A stretch of DNA of 64,000 nt from a bacterium (lineage in GTDB: Bacteria > Electryoneota > JAOADG01). The notes below the pieces were generated by a model that worked only from the letters and a program-made list of their open reading frames with translations, did no database searches and was not told the origin of the DNA. This document shows positions 32,235-43,465 of this stretch, piece after piece. Both the position numbers and the translations under genes were made by a program. The stretch covers positions 672,001 to 736,000 of the forward strand of contig OY820579.1 of NCBI GenBank assembly GCA_963681965.1, written 5' to 3'. Position 1 is the first letter of the stretch. Every line of letters begins with the position of its first letter.

Positions 32235-32837
32235 ATGGGTTTTAAGGCTGAAACCGAGCCCCCCTTCAGTGCAAAATTCTTACTGTCGGTGGTTGAGCTG
32301 TCGCAACGACCGGTACCACGGTGGCGGGAAGTTGCTATTGGCGGTCGCTCGAATGTCGGAAAATCTTCCTTAATCAACGCGTTGTGTGCTCAAGGCGGGT
32401 TGGCACGAGTCTCGAAAACACCCGGAAGAACTCGCGCACTGAACTATTTCTCGGTGCCGAAAGAGCAATTTTATCTGGTCGATTTACCAGGGTACGGTTA
32501 CGCCAAAGCGGCGAAATCGGAGCAAACCGCATGGCGTGCAGTTGTCGATCGATACTTTTTCGATAGTCGCGAACTGGTTGCCGTATTTGCTTTAGTAGAC
32601 GCACAGGTGGGACCCACGGCTCTCGATCGTGAATTCATCGAGTGGCTCGTTGATCGGCAAACCCCGTTTCGAATTGTGTTAACCAAATCCGATAAAGCGA
32701 AACAATCCGAACTAGCTTCGACAATTCGCGCGCTCACTGAGCTAATCCCGACTGACCTTCAAATTGTTAAAACTTCTGCCGATAAGCTTATCGGTATCGA
32801 AACACTCCGGCGGGAAATTCGCGAAACAATTTCGTAA
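32235..32837 (+). CDS. engB: Ribosome biogenesis GTP-binding protein YihA/YsxC
   Basis: GRSNVGKSSLIN, SKTPGRT, DLPGYGYAK and TKSDK motifs; conserved lon-engB synteny. Confidence 0.95.
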   Translation: MGFKAETEPPFSAKFLLSVVELSQRPVPRWREVAIGGRSNVGKSSLINALCAQGGLARVSKTPGRTRALNYFSVPKEQFYLVDLPGYGYAKAAKSEQTAWRAVVDRYFFDSRELVAVFALVDAQVGPTALDREFIEWLVDRQTPFRIVLTKSDKAKQSELASTIRALTELIPTDLQIVKTSADKLIGIETLRREIRETIS

Positions 32838-32933
32838 TTTGCATGAAATGTGGCTTCAACCACTAGTTCTATAGTGTATATTACTTTCAAATAAATCGGA
32901 TTTCCTCAACTTTCGTCCGGGAATAACGCGACA

Positions 32934-33530
32934 ATGCCACACACGATGCCTGATGTCCGAAAATCGATTCTAGAATCTGCGCGCAGCCGATTCTTAACCG
33001 ACGGTCTCAAAAAAACTACGATGGAGCAAATTGCCCGGGACCGACGGATCTCGAAAAAAACGCTCTACGAACATTTCCGCTCGAAAGATGAAATCTGGCG
33101 CGAATTGATCGTGATCGAATCCCGCAAATCCTGCGAATACTTAAAAACTCATCTTCCAACCGATTTATCACCCCTATACCGCTTAGAGCGCTTGATTGGA
33201 TACTATGTCCGCCGGCGTGTACTTAATCAATCCAATGTTCCGGCAACAGTAAGACTATCAGCACCGCTTCCGGCAATTGTACCGGATTCCGCCGATGACA
33301 CTTCCAAGCAGTTACGCGAGGAAGCGCTTCAACAAGCTTTTCCAACGTTGGTGGCGGAATTGATAACAGTAGCGCAAGCCACCGACGAGGTGGTTCCCGG
33401 AGAGGCAGGATTGCTGGCGGAGATGGTGGTCGGAGCGGTGATTGCTACGGCAACATCACCAAAATACAGTAACGATTGCATCAATTTGCTTACAACTCGT
33501 ATTCGCACTATGCTCAGCAACGTCACCTAA
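32934..33530 (+). CDS. TetR/AcrR-family regulator
   Basis: ILESARSRFLTDGLKKTTMEQIARDRRISKKTLYEHFRSKDEI HTH. Confidence 0.9.
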   Translation: MPHTMPDVRKSILESARSRFLTDGLKKTTMEQIARDRRISKKTLYEHFRSKDEIWRELIVIESRKSCEYLKTHLPTDLSPLYRLERLIGYYVRRRVLNQSNVPATVRLSAPLPAIVPDSADDTSKQLREEALQQAFPTLVAELITVAQATDEVVPGEAGLLAEMVVGAVIATATSPKYSNDCINLLTTRIRTMLSNVT

Positions 33531-33533
33531 TAC

Positions 33534-33947
33534 TCATATTTTCCGTCTTTTTCCCATACTAACCAACGGGTCAATCGTGTATCCCAACTTCTGATAGAAT
33601 CGAATGACCCCTTTGTTCGTCTCACGAACCTGCAAATTGATTTTCGGGCAACCCAGATCCGCCAACCGCGCCTCGGCAGCTTCAACCAGCAGCTTTCCAG
33701 CTCCTAACCGACCGCTTGCCAAATAATTCAACCATCCGCGATGTCCATCATAACCCGCCATCACGGTACCTACCACCACCTCATTTTGCACTGCAACCAG
33801 AAATAATTCCGGCTGCCAAGCGACCTTCATTGCGATATCTTGCACCGGATCGTTCCATGGAACGACAAGATTGCTTTGTTTCCAAAGATTTACGACTTGA
33901 TCCTCATCATCTGGGTGGTACGGTCGAACAGTCATTTCGGTTCGCAT
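33534..33947 (-). CDS. GNAT acetyltransferase (YpeA-like)
   Basis: PWNDPVQDI, GTVMAGYDGHRGWLNYLA and GCPKINLQVRETN...FYQKLGY motifs. Confidence 0.9.
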   Translation of the reverse strand: MRTEMTVRPYHPDDEDQVVNLWKQSNLVVPWNDPVQDIAMKVAWQPELFLVAVQNEVVVGTVMAGYDGHRGWLNYLASGRLGAGKLLVEAAEARLADLGCPKINLQVRETNKGVIRFYQKLGYTIDPLVSMGKRRKI

Positions 33948-34061
33948 AGTTGACCCTTTTCTATGTACATTTGCGGTGTTAGATGCAATTCGATGTTAAA
34001 GGTCATAATTTAACACCAAGTATCTTCGCTTTTCATCACTTAAATAATCGGAGTAAATCTC

Positions 34062-35075
34062 ATGAGTCCGACCAATATTTCATCGACCAATAACTGGACA
34101 CCTACTTCGATTCGGGAACTTGCGTATGCTTTCCAAAAAAGCCGCACTTTTTTAACCGCTTATGATCTGGCAATTTTTACTGCCATCGGTAACGATGCAA
34201 AAAATGCGACCGATGTCGCAACCACGCTTAATGCCGATATCCGCGCGACTGAGCGGCTGCTGAATGCGCTGGTCGGTTTTGGTCTCTTGACCAAGCGCGA
34301 GGATCTGTTTTCCAATACCGATTTCAGTAAAATTTATCTGGTGAAAAGTTCCCCGGAATACCTTGGCGGCATTGCCCATGCTGAGAATTTGTGGCGTAAC
34401 TGGAGCACACTAACTGCGTCTGTAATCGCTGGAACGTGTTTGGTTGAGCGACGATTTTCTCACCCCGGCAGCGATCCCACCCGTGGTTTCATTGCTGCCA
34501 TGCATGATCGCGCACGTCCTGTTGCACCGGTTATTGCCAATCAGATCGATTGGACCGGGATCTCGCGAGTCATTGATATCGGTGGTGGTTCGGGTGTCTA
34601 TTCCATCGCCTTCGTATACGCGAATCCAGCGCTCACTGCCACCGTTTTCGACCTGCCGGCAATTATTCCCCTCACGAAAGAATACATCGCTACCGAGAAT
34701 TTAGTCGATCGCATCGACACACGCGAAGGCGACTATTTGCTTGACGAGTTGGGAACCGGATACGATCTGGCGTTTCTTTCGGCGGTTATCCATAGCAATT
34801 CAGCCGAAGAGAACAAACACCTGATGAAGCAGTGTGCTGCTGCGCTCAACCCGGGCGGCAAAATTGTCATCCAGGATTTTGTGATGGATGAAGATCGTAC
34901 AACGCCAGAGCAAGGCGCACTATTTGCCCTCAACATGTTGGTCGCAACGCCTTCCGGCGACACCTATACCGAAACGGAAATTACCGAGTGGCTGCAGGAA
35001 GCGGGATTTCATTCGATTTACCGGCATGAAACCGGTTTCGGAACCACCCAGATGATCGGTACATTAGAATCTTAA
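34062..35075 (+). CDS. SAM-dependent O-methyltransferase (Methyltransf_2, with dimerisation domain)
   Basis: VIDIGGGSG, TVFDLP, GDY, LSAVIH, ALNPGGKIVIQDF and LNMLV...GDTYT motifs. Confidence 0.9.
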   Translation: MSPTNISSTNNWTPTSIRELAYAFQKSRTFLTAYDLAIFTAIGNDAKNATDVATTLNADIRATERLLNALVGFGLLTKREDLFSNTDFSKIYLVKSSPEYLGGIAHAENLWRNWSTLTASVIAGTCLVERRFSHPGSDPTRGFIAAMHDRARPVAPVIANQIDWTGISRVIDIGGGSGVYSIAFVYANPALTATVFDLPAIIPLTKEYIATENLVDRIDTREGDYLLDELGTGYDLAFLSAVIHSNSAEENKHLMKQCAAALNPGGKIVIQDFVMDEDRTTPEQGALFALNMLVATPSGDTYTETEITEWLQEAGFHSIYRHETGFGTTQMIGTLES

Positions 35076-35128
35076 TCTGAAATAAAACGATCTATTTCGC
35101 GGACAACGAAGAAGTATCCGGAGCTTAC

Positions 35129-36106
35129 ATGGTTACGTCGAAATTGCGTTCTTTTCTTTCGATCTCGATCCTCATCTTTTTCCTTGTTTCCTGTGTTGGT
35201 GCAAGCGATTCGACGAAATCGGCAACACTGGTTCCTTTTGGCATATCCGATCGATCGGTTTCCTTTTTGGTGATCGGCGATTGGGGGCGTCGAGGGAAAG
35301 AAAATCAACAAGAGGTTGCCAATCAGATGGGAATCTATGGTGCACAGATCAATTCGAGTTTTACGATTTCGGTCGGCGACAATTTTTACGAGACTGGCGT
35401 TACCTCTACTTCCGATTCCCATTGGAAAGAGACGTTTGAAAATGTATTTACCGCTCCAGTACTTCAAAAAAGGTGGTATGTAACCCTGGGTAATCACGAT
35501 TATGCCGGGAGTGTACAAGCGCAAGTCGATTACACCAAACTGTCCAAGCGATGGTATATGCCTAACACCTATTTTTCCGAGACTATCGCTGTTGACGATA
35601 CCACCAAAGCATTATTTGTTTTTCTGGATACCAATCCGTTCGTGAATAAGTATTACTCAAAAGCCGTTTGGAATCGAAATTACAATGAAATCGTCAAGCA
35701 AGATACCTTGGCGCAATTTCGCTGGTGTGACAGCGTTCTGGCACACAGCAATGCACAGTGGAAAATTCTGGTTGGACACCATCCGGTATATTCCGGTAGC
35801 ACTTACCATGGCGACACTCCGGAAATGATTGAAAAGATTTTACCATTAATCAAGAAATATCACGTACAGGTTTTTCTTTGCGGTCACGATCACGATCTTC
35901 AACATCTCAAGCCGAATAACGAATCGACCGATTATTTCATTTCCGGCGGTGGTTCATCGGTACGACCGACAAAAATGAAACCGTTTTCCCGGTTCGGTGA
36001 AGGCATATCGGGTTTTCTTGCCGCGACCTTGTCTAATAAAACGATGTCGGTAAACTTTATCGATTATAATGGCAATATTCTATATCGCACTGAAGTAAAC
36101 CGTTAG
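35129..36106 (+). CDS. Purple acid phosphatase, ACP5/TRAP-like (probable lipoprotein)
   Basis: GDWG, GDNFY, GNHDY, VGHHP and GHDHDLQH ligand motifs; LVSC lipobox-like signal. Confidence 0.92.
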   Translation: MVTSKLRSFLSISILIFFLVSCVGASDSTKSATLVPFGISDRSVSFLVIGDWGRRGKENQQEVANQMGIYGAQINSSFTISVGDNFYETGVTSTSDSHWKETFENVFTAPVLQKRWYVTLGNHDYAGSVQAQVDYTKLSKRWYMPNTYFSETIAVDDTTKALFVFLDTNPFVNKYYSKAVWNRNYNEIVKQDTLAQFRWCDSVLAHSNAQWKILVGHHPVYSGSTYHGDTPEMIEKILPLIKKYHVQVFLCGHDHDLQHLKPNNESTDYFISGGGSSVRPTKMKPFSRFGEGISGFLAATLSNKTMSVNFIDYNGNILYRTEVNR

Positions 36107-36120
36107 CGTGGCAAACTAGA

Positions 36121-37779
36121 TTGCGATCTTCTACGACACCGATACTACCAACGACGACCGGCAATGAAACCGGTTCTTCTTCAATTCATCACATTTCGGA
36201 CTCGACACCACCCCCCAGTGAAATACTAAAACGATGGCTCGTACCTTACTTAATCGGTACCGTTCTCGCCGGTGCTGTCGGTGCACCGTTGGTGTGGTTC
36301 GGTGTCGATCTTCCAATCGATCAACGCAATGCTTGGCAGGCGGTACTTATTGGAACAGTCATTTCCTACGCTGTGATGATTTTGCTCGATTTTTTCGCCA
36401 CTGCGATTTATCTATTGCGAAATCTTGATAAAGAAACCCACACAATCGTTTATCGTAAATTGCGTCGTTTCCCTTTTTTTTGTGCTGTTCGATCGCTTAC
36501 GATTCACTGGCTGGGCTTCGCTGTTCCGCTCGTGGTTTGTTGGATATGGTTGTTCGAAGAACTTAAAATTTCGATTGTCCCGATTCAAGTCATTTTCTTT
36601 TTGGTCGTTTCGCTGCTGATGTCGTTTATGCATGGGATCGTCGAATACTACCTGGTGTCGCGCCGGTTACACCCGTTTCTCAGAGTCACTCAACCTGCCA
36701 CTCATTCACTACTTCCAATTTGGCTGAAAATCGGAGGAATTACCTTATTTGTTAGTGTCATTCCGATTGCACTGCTCGCCGAAACGATCTACCTCAAACT
36801 CGCCCATGCTAACACTACAACCATTGTTTCGGGATCAGGAATTTCACCAATCATTATGTGGACTGTCGTTTACACGCTCGTTTCGATCGTAGTCAGTTTG
36901 GTGATTACATGGTTGGTTGCATCGGACATTTCTACGGCTTCGAAGCAGTTGGTAGAAGGATTCCAACGACTCGCGCAAGGCGATAAACAACATCGTCTCA
37001 CAATCGCATCGGCAGATGAATTTGAAGAATTAGCTGCCGGTTTTAATTCGATGGCAACGGAGCTACAACGCAATGAAATGATCTATGAGGAGTTCGGAAA
37101 ATTAGTCGATCCGACCATTCGTGATGAAATGCTGTCCGGACGCGTGAATCGTGAAGGTGAATTACGGTATGCTGTGATTTTATTCACCGATTTAATGAAT
37201 TTTACCCCATTGGCAGAATCGCTCAAACCGGCTGAACTAATTTCATATCTCAACGAATTGTTCGATCATCTAGTAAAAACAATCTCCGCTCATGGTGGAA
37301 CGGTAAATAAATTCGTCGGCGATGCGATTCTTGCGTTTTGGAATCTCCCAATTTCAATGGAAAATCCCGAAATCGCTGCCGTAAAATGTGCATTGCAGAT
37401 GCAGGAAGTCGTAGAACAATTCAATCGCAATCGATCAACTTGGCGCAAAAATCTATCGGTATCCATTGCGCCTGCGCAAATCGGGATCGGGATTCATGCC
37501 GGAAACGTGATTGCCGGTACAGTCGGTGCTGAACATCGTCGCGAATACACCGTTCTAGGTAATCACGTCAATCTCGCCGCCAGATTTCAACAACATACTC
37601 GAAACTCGAGTTGTAACATCATCGTAAGCAATACAATCGCCGAGAAAATTCGTCCTTTTACGCGATCTTCCGCTTTTTCACTCATCCCCATGGGAACAGT
37701 CGAATTAAAAGGGGTCGCTGAACCTCAAGCGGCATTTGGTGTTTTAAGACCAACCCCATCCAATCCCCTTCATCACTAA
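36121..37779 (+). CDS. Membrane class III adenylate/guanylate cyclase with HAMP domain
   Basis: Several TM helices, DEFEELAAGFNSM HAMP, LFTDLMNFT, KFVGDAI, GIGIHAG and YTVLGNHVNLAAR. Start uncertain. Confidence 0.9.
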   Translation: MRSSTTPILPTTTGNETGSSSIHHISDSTPPPSEILKRWLVPYLIGTVLAGAVGAPLVWFGVDLPIDQRNAWQAVLIGTVISYAVMILLDFFATAIYLLRNLDKETHTIVYRKLRRFPFFCAVRSLTIHWLGFAVPLVVCWIWLFEELKISIVPIQVIFFLVVSLLMSFMHGIVEYYLVSRRLHPFLRVTQPATHSLLPIWLKIGGITLFVSVIPIALLAETIYLKLAHANTTTIVSGSGISPIIMWTVVYTLVSIVVSLVITWLVASDISTASKQLVEGFQRLAQGDKQHRLTIASADEFEELAAGFNSMATELQRNEMIYEEFGKLVDPTIRDEMLSGRVNREGELRYAVILFTDLMNFTPLAESLKPAELISYLNELFDHLVKTISAHGGTVNKFVGDAILAFWNLPISMENPEIAAVKCALQMQEVVEQFNRNRSTWRKNLSVSIAPAQIGIGIHAGNVIAGTVGAEHRREYTVLGNHVNLAARFQQHTRNSSCNIIVSNTIAEKIRPFTRSSAFSLIPMGTVELKGVAEPQAAFGVLRPTPSNPLHH

Positions 37780-37859
37780 TTCTTGTTTTTACGCACTAAG
37801 CCGTCACCAACAGAATTTGTTTAAGTTCGTACTATTTAATGTTTAACGAGGGACGTGTT

Positions 37860-38309
37860 ATGCCATCGGTGTATCAAGGTCAACCAGAAGAAGTCTTGGC
37901 ACTTAATTTATATATTAAGTTATCAAGAGCTTATGAAGCAGTAAACAACCGTCTGATGAAGCAGGGTACTCTACAGGGGTTAACAATCAGCCAATTCGGG
38001 GTCTTGGAAGCACTCTTCCACCGTGGATCGATGTGCCAACACGACCTCAGCATTAAAATATTGCGGAGTCCAGCGAATCTTACCACGGTTATTGACAATT
38101 TGGAAAAACTAAGTCTCGTCCAACGAACAGCTTGTGAGACTGATCGTCGCCGCTTGATCATAAAATTGACGGAAGCTGGAGAACAGCTTATTAAAACGGT
38201 TCTTCCACTGCATGTTGCGGCGATTGTGAAAGAATTTTCGGTGCTAACTCCCACCGAACAAGAGCAGTTTGCACAACTGGCTAAAAAGCTTGGTCTTGCG
38301 AATTCTTAA
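37860..38309 (+). CDS. MarR-family regulator
   Basis: LTISQFGVLEALFHRG...NLTTVIDNLEK..LVQR...DRR...LTEAG. Confidence 0.92.
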   Translation: MPSVYQGQPEEVLALNLYIKLSRAYEAVNNRLMKQGTLQGLTISQFGVLEALFHRGSMCQHDLSIKILRSPANLTTVIDNLEKLSLVQRTACETDRRRLIIKLTEAGEQLIKTVLPLHVAAIVKEFSVLTPTEQEQFAQLAKKLGLANS

Positions 38310-38350
38310 CAAGATGTCAATGATTTCAAATACTTAACAAGGAGTTTTAG

Positions 38351-38920
38351 GTGTCAATTAATCAAAAGCCTATTCAGATATTAGCTGTCGCTGGCAGTTT
38401 ACGTAAAGGATCGTTCAACCGCGCGTTGATTCGAGCTGCAAAAGAGTTACTGCCAGACAACGTAACTCTCGTAGAATTCGATATATCCAATATTCCATTG
38501 TACAATGGTGATGTCGAAGCCATTGGTTTTCCTGAATCAGTGCAAGAATTCCGTCAGCAGATCGCGACTGCTGATGCCTTACTCATTGCCACTCCGGAAT
38601 ATAACTACTCAATACCGGGTGTTTTGAAAAATGCTATTGATTGGGCATCACGAGGACCGAACCAGCCTTTTTTCGGAAAGCCACTGGGATTGATGGGAGT
38701 AGGTGGAACGCTGGGAACGGGGCGTTCACAATACCATCTTCGACAAGTATCAGTCGTATTGAACATGTATCCTATTAATAAACCGGAAGTTCTGATTCAG
38801 TATTCAAAAGAGAAATTCGATGACGCTGGTAATTTGATCGATCCTACTGCGAAGAAATTCATTCGCGAACACTTGAAAGCGCTTGCAGAATTTACAAGAA
38901 CGCTTTCAAGCAATGATTAA
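38351..38920 (+). CDS. NAD(P)H-dependent FMN reductase (ChrR-like)
   Basis: GSLRKGSFN and TPEYNYSIPGVLKNAIDWASR motifs; GTG start after AAGGAG. Confidence 0.93.
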   Translation: MSINQKPIQILAVAGSLRKGSFNRALIRAAKELLPDNVTLVEFDISNIPLYNGDVEAIGFPESVQEFRQQIATADALLIATPEYNYSIPGVLKNAIDWASRGPNQPFFGKPLGLMGVGGTLGTGRSQYHLRQVSVVLNMYPINKPEVLIQYSKEKFDDAGNLIDPTAKKFIREHLKALAEFTRTLSSND

Positions 38921-39040
38921 TCTCAGATTATTCAATTAATTACAATTAACATCGAATACCTTCTAGATTGATTTTGTGGTTTTCAATCCCTTCGAATCAC
39001 GATTACCTATTTTATGTTGTCCTTTATTAATGAATTACGA

Positions 39041-39071
39041 GAGTGGATATCTTTATCCACTCCAGTTTTTT
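39041..39071 (+). terminator. Intrinsic terminator
   Basis: GAGTGGATA-tctt-TATCCACTC-cagTTTTTT. Confidence 0.65.
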
Positions 39072-39400
39072 CAACGAGCTGTCTGTGTTAGTATTTAGAT
39101 TAAACGGTAAATTCTATATAAACAGCAACAACACAAAATTCCTCACATCCGATGCAGATAGATTGACGTATTGACTTCACCAAGAAACATACCCGAAAGA
39201 GGAACGTATCCTCTTCACTGATACATCCAAAAAAATATTAAATTACTTAACCACTACTTGCTTTTGATTCCATAGTGACTATATATTTAGCTAGCAATAA
39301 ACGATATTGTAATTAACTTACGAATCGTTTGAATTATTATAAATACGGCATTCCATAAATTCAAACGCAAATCGATCCCAACAGGAGTTCAGATCGACAC

Positions 39401-39790
39401 ATGGTCGAACCGCAACAGCCTCATCAACGCAATTCCGGCAACTTATCGTCTTCTGGCTTGACCATGGCGTGGGTGACGATCGGAAATAAGTGGAAAATGG
39501 AAATTCTTTGGGCGTTGCGAAACGGTCGTTGCCGTTTTAGCGCGCTACGAAAGCGTATTCCGCAGATCTCCGACCGCATGTTATCGCAATCGCTACGCGA
39601 ACTAGAACAAAATGAGTTGGTGATCAGAGAGATTTTTGCTGAGATTCCGCCACGGGTCGAATATCAATTAACGACCAACGGTGAAACGGTGATTCCCATA
39701 CTACAACGGATCAATGCCTGGGGAATAAAACGGATGGTAACAAAGCTGGATTCAGAAACACCAAAGCTCGACGAACCAGAATGGATTTAG
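39401..39790 (+). CDS. HxlR-family winged-helix regulator
   Basis: IGNKWKMEILWAL...RFSAL...ISDRMLSQSLRELE...EIPPRVEYQLT. Confidence 0.92.
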   Translation: MVEPQQPHQRNSGNLSSSGLTMAWVTIGNKWKMEILWALRNGRCRFSALRKRIPQISDRMLSQSLRELEQNELVIREIFAEIPPRVEYQLTTNGETVIPILQRINAWGIKRMVTKLDSETPKLDEPEWI

Positions 39791-39911
39791 TTATTAACAA
39801 CACAAGTGTCTGTTATCATTGAGCACAAACATACAATTTCGAGGAAATCAGGAATATTAGACGACGAGTTATCCACTTGAATCTGCATTTGAAAATAAGT
39901 TGAATTCGGAT

Positions 39912-42900
39912 TTATCCAATCAGAGCGGTGCGAACAGCTTTTAATAAATCTGCCGCTTTAAACGGCTTCTGTAAAAACGGAAGTCCTTTTTCTTGAATTA
40001 GATGTACGACAGATTCTGTAGTATAACCGGACATAAACAATACTTTAATCGATGGGTATTGAGCTTGAATGAGGTCATAAAGCGCTGGACCACTAGTTCC
40101 GGGCATCACCACATCAGTGAGTACCAGTCGAATTTGTTCGTGTTGTTCCGCAATGATTAACGCTGCTTCCGTTCCATTATTAGCCTTAAGTATCTTATAT
40201 CCATATTGTTTCAACAGACGAGCAGTCAAATCCAAAATAACTTTTTCGTCTTCGACAATTAAAATCGTTTCAACACCACCCGTATTTTCTGTTTTGGGTA
40301 TTTGAACTGGCGCTTCTACATGCTGATCGATCGCGGGATAGTGAATATGTATCGAAGTCCCAACCCGCTCTTCACTGTCAATTTCAATAAAACCACCAGA
40401 TTGCGTTACGATCCCGTGCACGGTCGCCAACCCCAACCCTGTTCCTTGTCCCATCGGTTTCGTGGTAAAGAACGGCTCGAGTGCGTGCTCCTTCACCTCG
40501 GTTGACATTCCAATACCGGTATCGGAAATGGTCAATCGGCAATAGGTTATTGTCCGAGGCGATTCGACTTCCGGTAGTTCGCTGGTTTCGATAACTGTCT
40601 TCAAATCTGTTTTCAGGGTAATTTTGCCTCCTTGTGGAAGTGCATCTCTTGCATTTACAATAAGATTCATTACTACTTGTTCAGTTTGTCCTTCGTCGGC
40701 GATGATATTGGGTAACTCTTCAAACAGATTGTATGTAATTTCAATGTCTTCGCTAATTAACCGCGTTAACATCTTCGACATGCCTTTTAGGATGTCATTT
40801 AAATTTATGATTTTAGGTATTTGCGGTTGTCGGCGGCTAAATGCCAACAGTTGTCGGGTAAGCGATGTGCCACGATCTACCATCTGCCGAATTAATGATA
40901 GCCCCTCCTGCATCGAATCGTCTTTTTTCAATTTGCTTGCCATAATCTCAGTATTGGCACTGACGATCGTCAGCAAATTATTGAAATCATGTGCAACACC
41001 ACCAGCCAGCCGTCCAATTGCTTCGAGTTTTTGCGACTGATGGAGTTGGTCTTCCAGTAAACGCTCGCGCGATAAATCGTGCTTTACTGCGATAAAATTC
41101 GTAATAGTACCATTTGAATCGCGTACCGGAGAAATCGTCGCTTCTTCTTCGAACAGCGAACCATCTTTTCGCTTGTTGACAAACCGACCCCGCCAAATTT
41201 CACCATGAACGATCAAATTCCACAAGTTGGCATAGAAATTCGCATCATGCTTTCCACTGCGGAGAATATTGGGTTTCCGACCAATAACCTCATCGCGTGA
41301 ATATCCCGTAGATTTTGTAAATGCCGGGTTTACATATTGAATAACCGAATCGGGACCGACGATCATTAACGATTCAGATGTCTGCTCGATTGCGGATTTC
41401 AATCGATTTAAATCTTCTTCCGCACTTTTCCGTTCGGTAATGTCGCGAATTATTGCCTGAACGAGTTTCTCGCTATCCACATCCAATTGATTCACGTTAA
41501 CTTCGGCGAGAAACTCCGATTGATCGTTGCGCTTAAATCGCCATTCAAAGTTAAGTTTCTCGCCTTTTGCCGATTTTTCCAAAAATGTCTGAATTAATTG
41601 ACTGGTGAGAATTCCGTGCGGTTGGAAATCCGGTGATAAATCTTGGATCGATTTTCCAGTCAGCGCGGGCTTGGGCAAACCATACATCGTGGCGGCACAT
41701 TGGTTGCATTCGATAATAACTTCCGACTTTAAAATCAGGATCGCGTCGTTAGCTGTTTCAAAGAGTGTTCGAAACCGTTTTTCGCTTTCCGATAACGATT
41801 GCTCCATCTGCTTGTGCTCGGTTATATCGCGCAACATAACCAGAATCGCTTTAATATTACCGGCTTTATCAGTGATCGGAGTGGTAAATACGACACCCCA
41901 GAAATTGGTGCCTTCGTGATCTACGAATTTATATTCACCCGATTCTTTTGTCAGCGCTCCGTTTCTTAAATCAACCAAGCGATTCCGAATTAAGTGATGA
42001 TATTCCGGAGCGACTAAGCTGAAGGCATTAAAGGTAGGAACATTTGCGTCTCGGGGAATTTTGAATAGTTTTTTCGTCATTTCCGACGCAAAAATTACCT
42101 TCCCTTCGATGTCAAGTATTACAATGCCTTCCGGTGAGGTGGAGATCAACTTCCGGTAATATTCCTCGGTTTCACTTGCCCGATCATCCGCTTCAACGCG
42201 CTCGGTAATATCGATTATAATTCCCGAGATCCGCTTCGGTCTTCCTTCTTCGTCTTGTTCAACGATTTTACCGCGATCCAATACCCAAATCCACTCGCCA
42301 TCCTTTTTCCGCATACGATGTTCGTTTTCATAAAATGGCGTGGCACCGGAAAGATAGAGTTGTAGCTTTCGATCTATTTCGGCAATGTCATCGGGATGGA
42401 CCAAGCGCCGCCAAAGTTGTGGCTGAACCAAAATTTCCGGGGAGTCGTACCCCAACAATTTGGCGTATTCGTCGCTGTAATAAACCGTGCCGGAAATTAA
42501 ATTCCAATCCCAAATTGCGGCGTTAATCCCTTCCATCGCTATCGATAGGCGTTCCCGGTATTCAAACAAAGAACGCTCGATTCGCATTTTTTCGCGTTTA
42601 ATCCGGGCATGATTGAGAACCGATCGAACCGATTGCGGAAACCGGGTAATCCGGTCTTTCAGTACATAGTCATCGGCACCGGCTTTCATACATTCGACTG
42701 CGGTTTCTTCGTTGATCGATCCAGTAAGGACGATAAATGGTGTGTCTGGGGAGAATTCTTGAACGATTTTGAGCGCCGATAGTCCATCAAACGACGGCAT
42801 CGCATAATCGGATACAACAAGATCGGGGTGAAAATCGGTAAGTTCTGCAATCAATCGATCGGCATTATCGACACGGCAGTGCTCGATCGTGAGTTCGTTA

Positions 42901-42977
42901 TGCTGCAAAGCACGGACAGCTAATTCCACGTCGGATGGAATATCTTCAACGAATAGAATGCGAATCGGTTGGTTCAT
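39912..42977 (-). CDS. Hybrid REC-PAS(x4)-histidine kinase-REC protein
   Basis: N-terminal receiver (ILFVED...SDYAMPSFDG), PAS repeats, AHDFNNLL H-box and C-terminal receiver. Start 42977 or 42995. Confidence 0.95.
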   Translation of the reverse strand: MNQPIRILFVEDIPSDVELAVRALQHNELTIEHCRVDNADRLIAELTDFHPDLVVSDYAMPSFDGLSALKIVQEFSPDTPFIVLTGSINEETAVECMKAGADDYVLKDRITRFPQSVRSVLNHARIKREKMRIERSLFEYRERLSIAMEGINAAIWDWNLISGTVYYSDEYAKLLGYDSPEILVQPQLWRRLVHPDDIAEIDRKLQLYLSGATPFYENEHRMRKKDGEWIWVLDRGKIVEQDEEGRPKRISGIIIDITERVEADDRASETEEYYRKLISTSPEGIVILDIEGKVIFASEMTKKLFKIPRDANVPTFNAFSLVAPEYHHLIRNRLVDLRNGALTKESGEYKFVDHEGTNFWGVVFTTPITDKAGNIKAILVMLRDITEHKQMEQSLSESEKRFRTLFETANDAILILKSEVIIECNQCAATMYGLPKPALTGKSIQDLSPDFQPHGILTSQLIQTFLEKSAKGEKLNFEWRFKRNDQSEFLAEVNVNQLDVDSEKLVQAIIRDITERKSAEEDLNRLKSAIEQTSESLMIVGPDSVIQYVNPAFTKSTGYSRDEVIGRKPNILRSGKHDANFYANLWNLIVHGEIWRGRFVNKRKDGSLFEEEATISPVRDSNGTITNFIAVKHDLSRERLLEDQLHQSQKLEAIGRLAGGVAHDFNNLLTIVSANTEIMASKLKKDDSMQEGLSLIRQMVDRGTSLTRQLLAFSRRQPQIPKIINLNDILKGMSKMLTRLISEDIEITYNLFEELPNIIADEGQTEQVVMNLIVNARDALPQGGKITLKTDLKTVIETSELPEVESPRTITYCRLTISDTGIGMSTEVKEHALEPFFTTKPMGQGTGLGLATVHGIVTQSGGFIEIDSEERVGTSIHIHYPAIDQHVEAPVQIPKTENTGGVETILIVEDEKVILDLTARLLKQYGYKILKANNGTEAALIIAEQHEQIRLVLTDVVMPGTSGPALYDLIQAQYPSIKVLFMSGYTTESVVHLIQEKGLPFLQKPFKAADLLKAVRTALIG

Positions 42978-43024
42978 CCTTATTTCTATCGTCACTTTTC
43001 ATCCGTTTGGAAATGATTTTACGA

Positions 43025-43465
43025 TTAGTGAGGTGCTTCATTCAAAAGCAACCAATACATTCCCAGCGACCCCACCGCATCGACAAATTTATCAAAATCG
43101 ACCGGCTTAACGATGTAACTGTTTACTCCGAGTCGGTAACACTTCTCAATATCGGGTGTTTCGCGTGAAGAAGTCAACATAACGACAGGAATATTCGAAA
43201 GTTGCTCGGAACTTTTGATCTGTCTGAGAACCTCAATACCATCGACTTTGGGAAGCTTAATATCCAGTAAAATCAATCGCGGACGACCGGAAATGTCGTT
43301 TTGAGCGAACGCCCCTTCACCCCGAAGAAAATTTAGTGCCTCTTCGCCATCGGTTACAACGAAAAGATTGTTGGCAAGATTTTTTTTCTTCAATGAGCGG
43401 ATCGTCAATTCGATATCATCTCGATTATCCTCAACCAGTAGAATATCGATTGCAGTTTCAATCAT
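43025..43465 (-). CDS. Single-domain response regulator (Rcp1-like)
   Basis: [21 protein letters not shown] and [12 protein letters not shown]...YWLLLN; start MIETAI at 43465 overlaps the upstream kinase stop. Confidence 0.93.
   Translation of the reverse strand: MIETAIDILLVEDNRDDIELTIRSLKKKNLANNLFVVTDGEEALNFLRGEGAFAQNDISGRPRLILLDIKLPKVDGIEVLRQIKSSEQLSNIPVVMLTSSRETPDIEKCYRLGVNSYIVKPVDFDKFVDAVGSLGMYWLLLNEAPH

Noticed and set aside
38921-39400. Possible small RNA between the FMN reductase and HxlR genes
   Set aside because: Two short hairpins are present, but there is no recognisable RNA family or further support from sequence alone.
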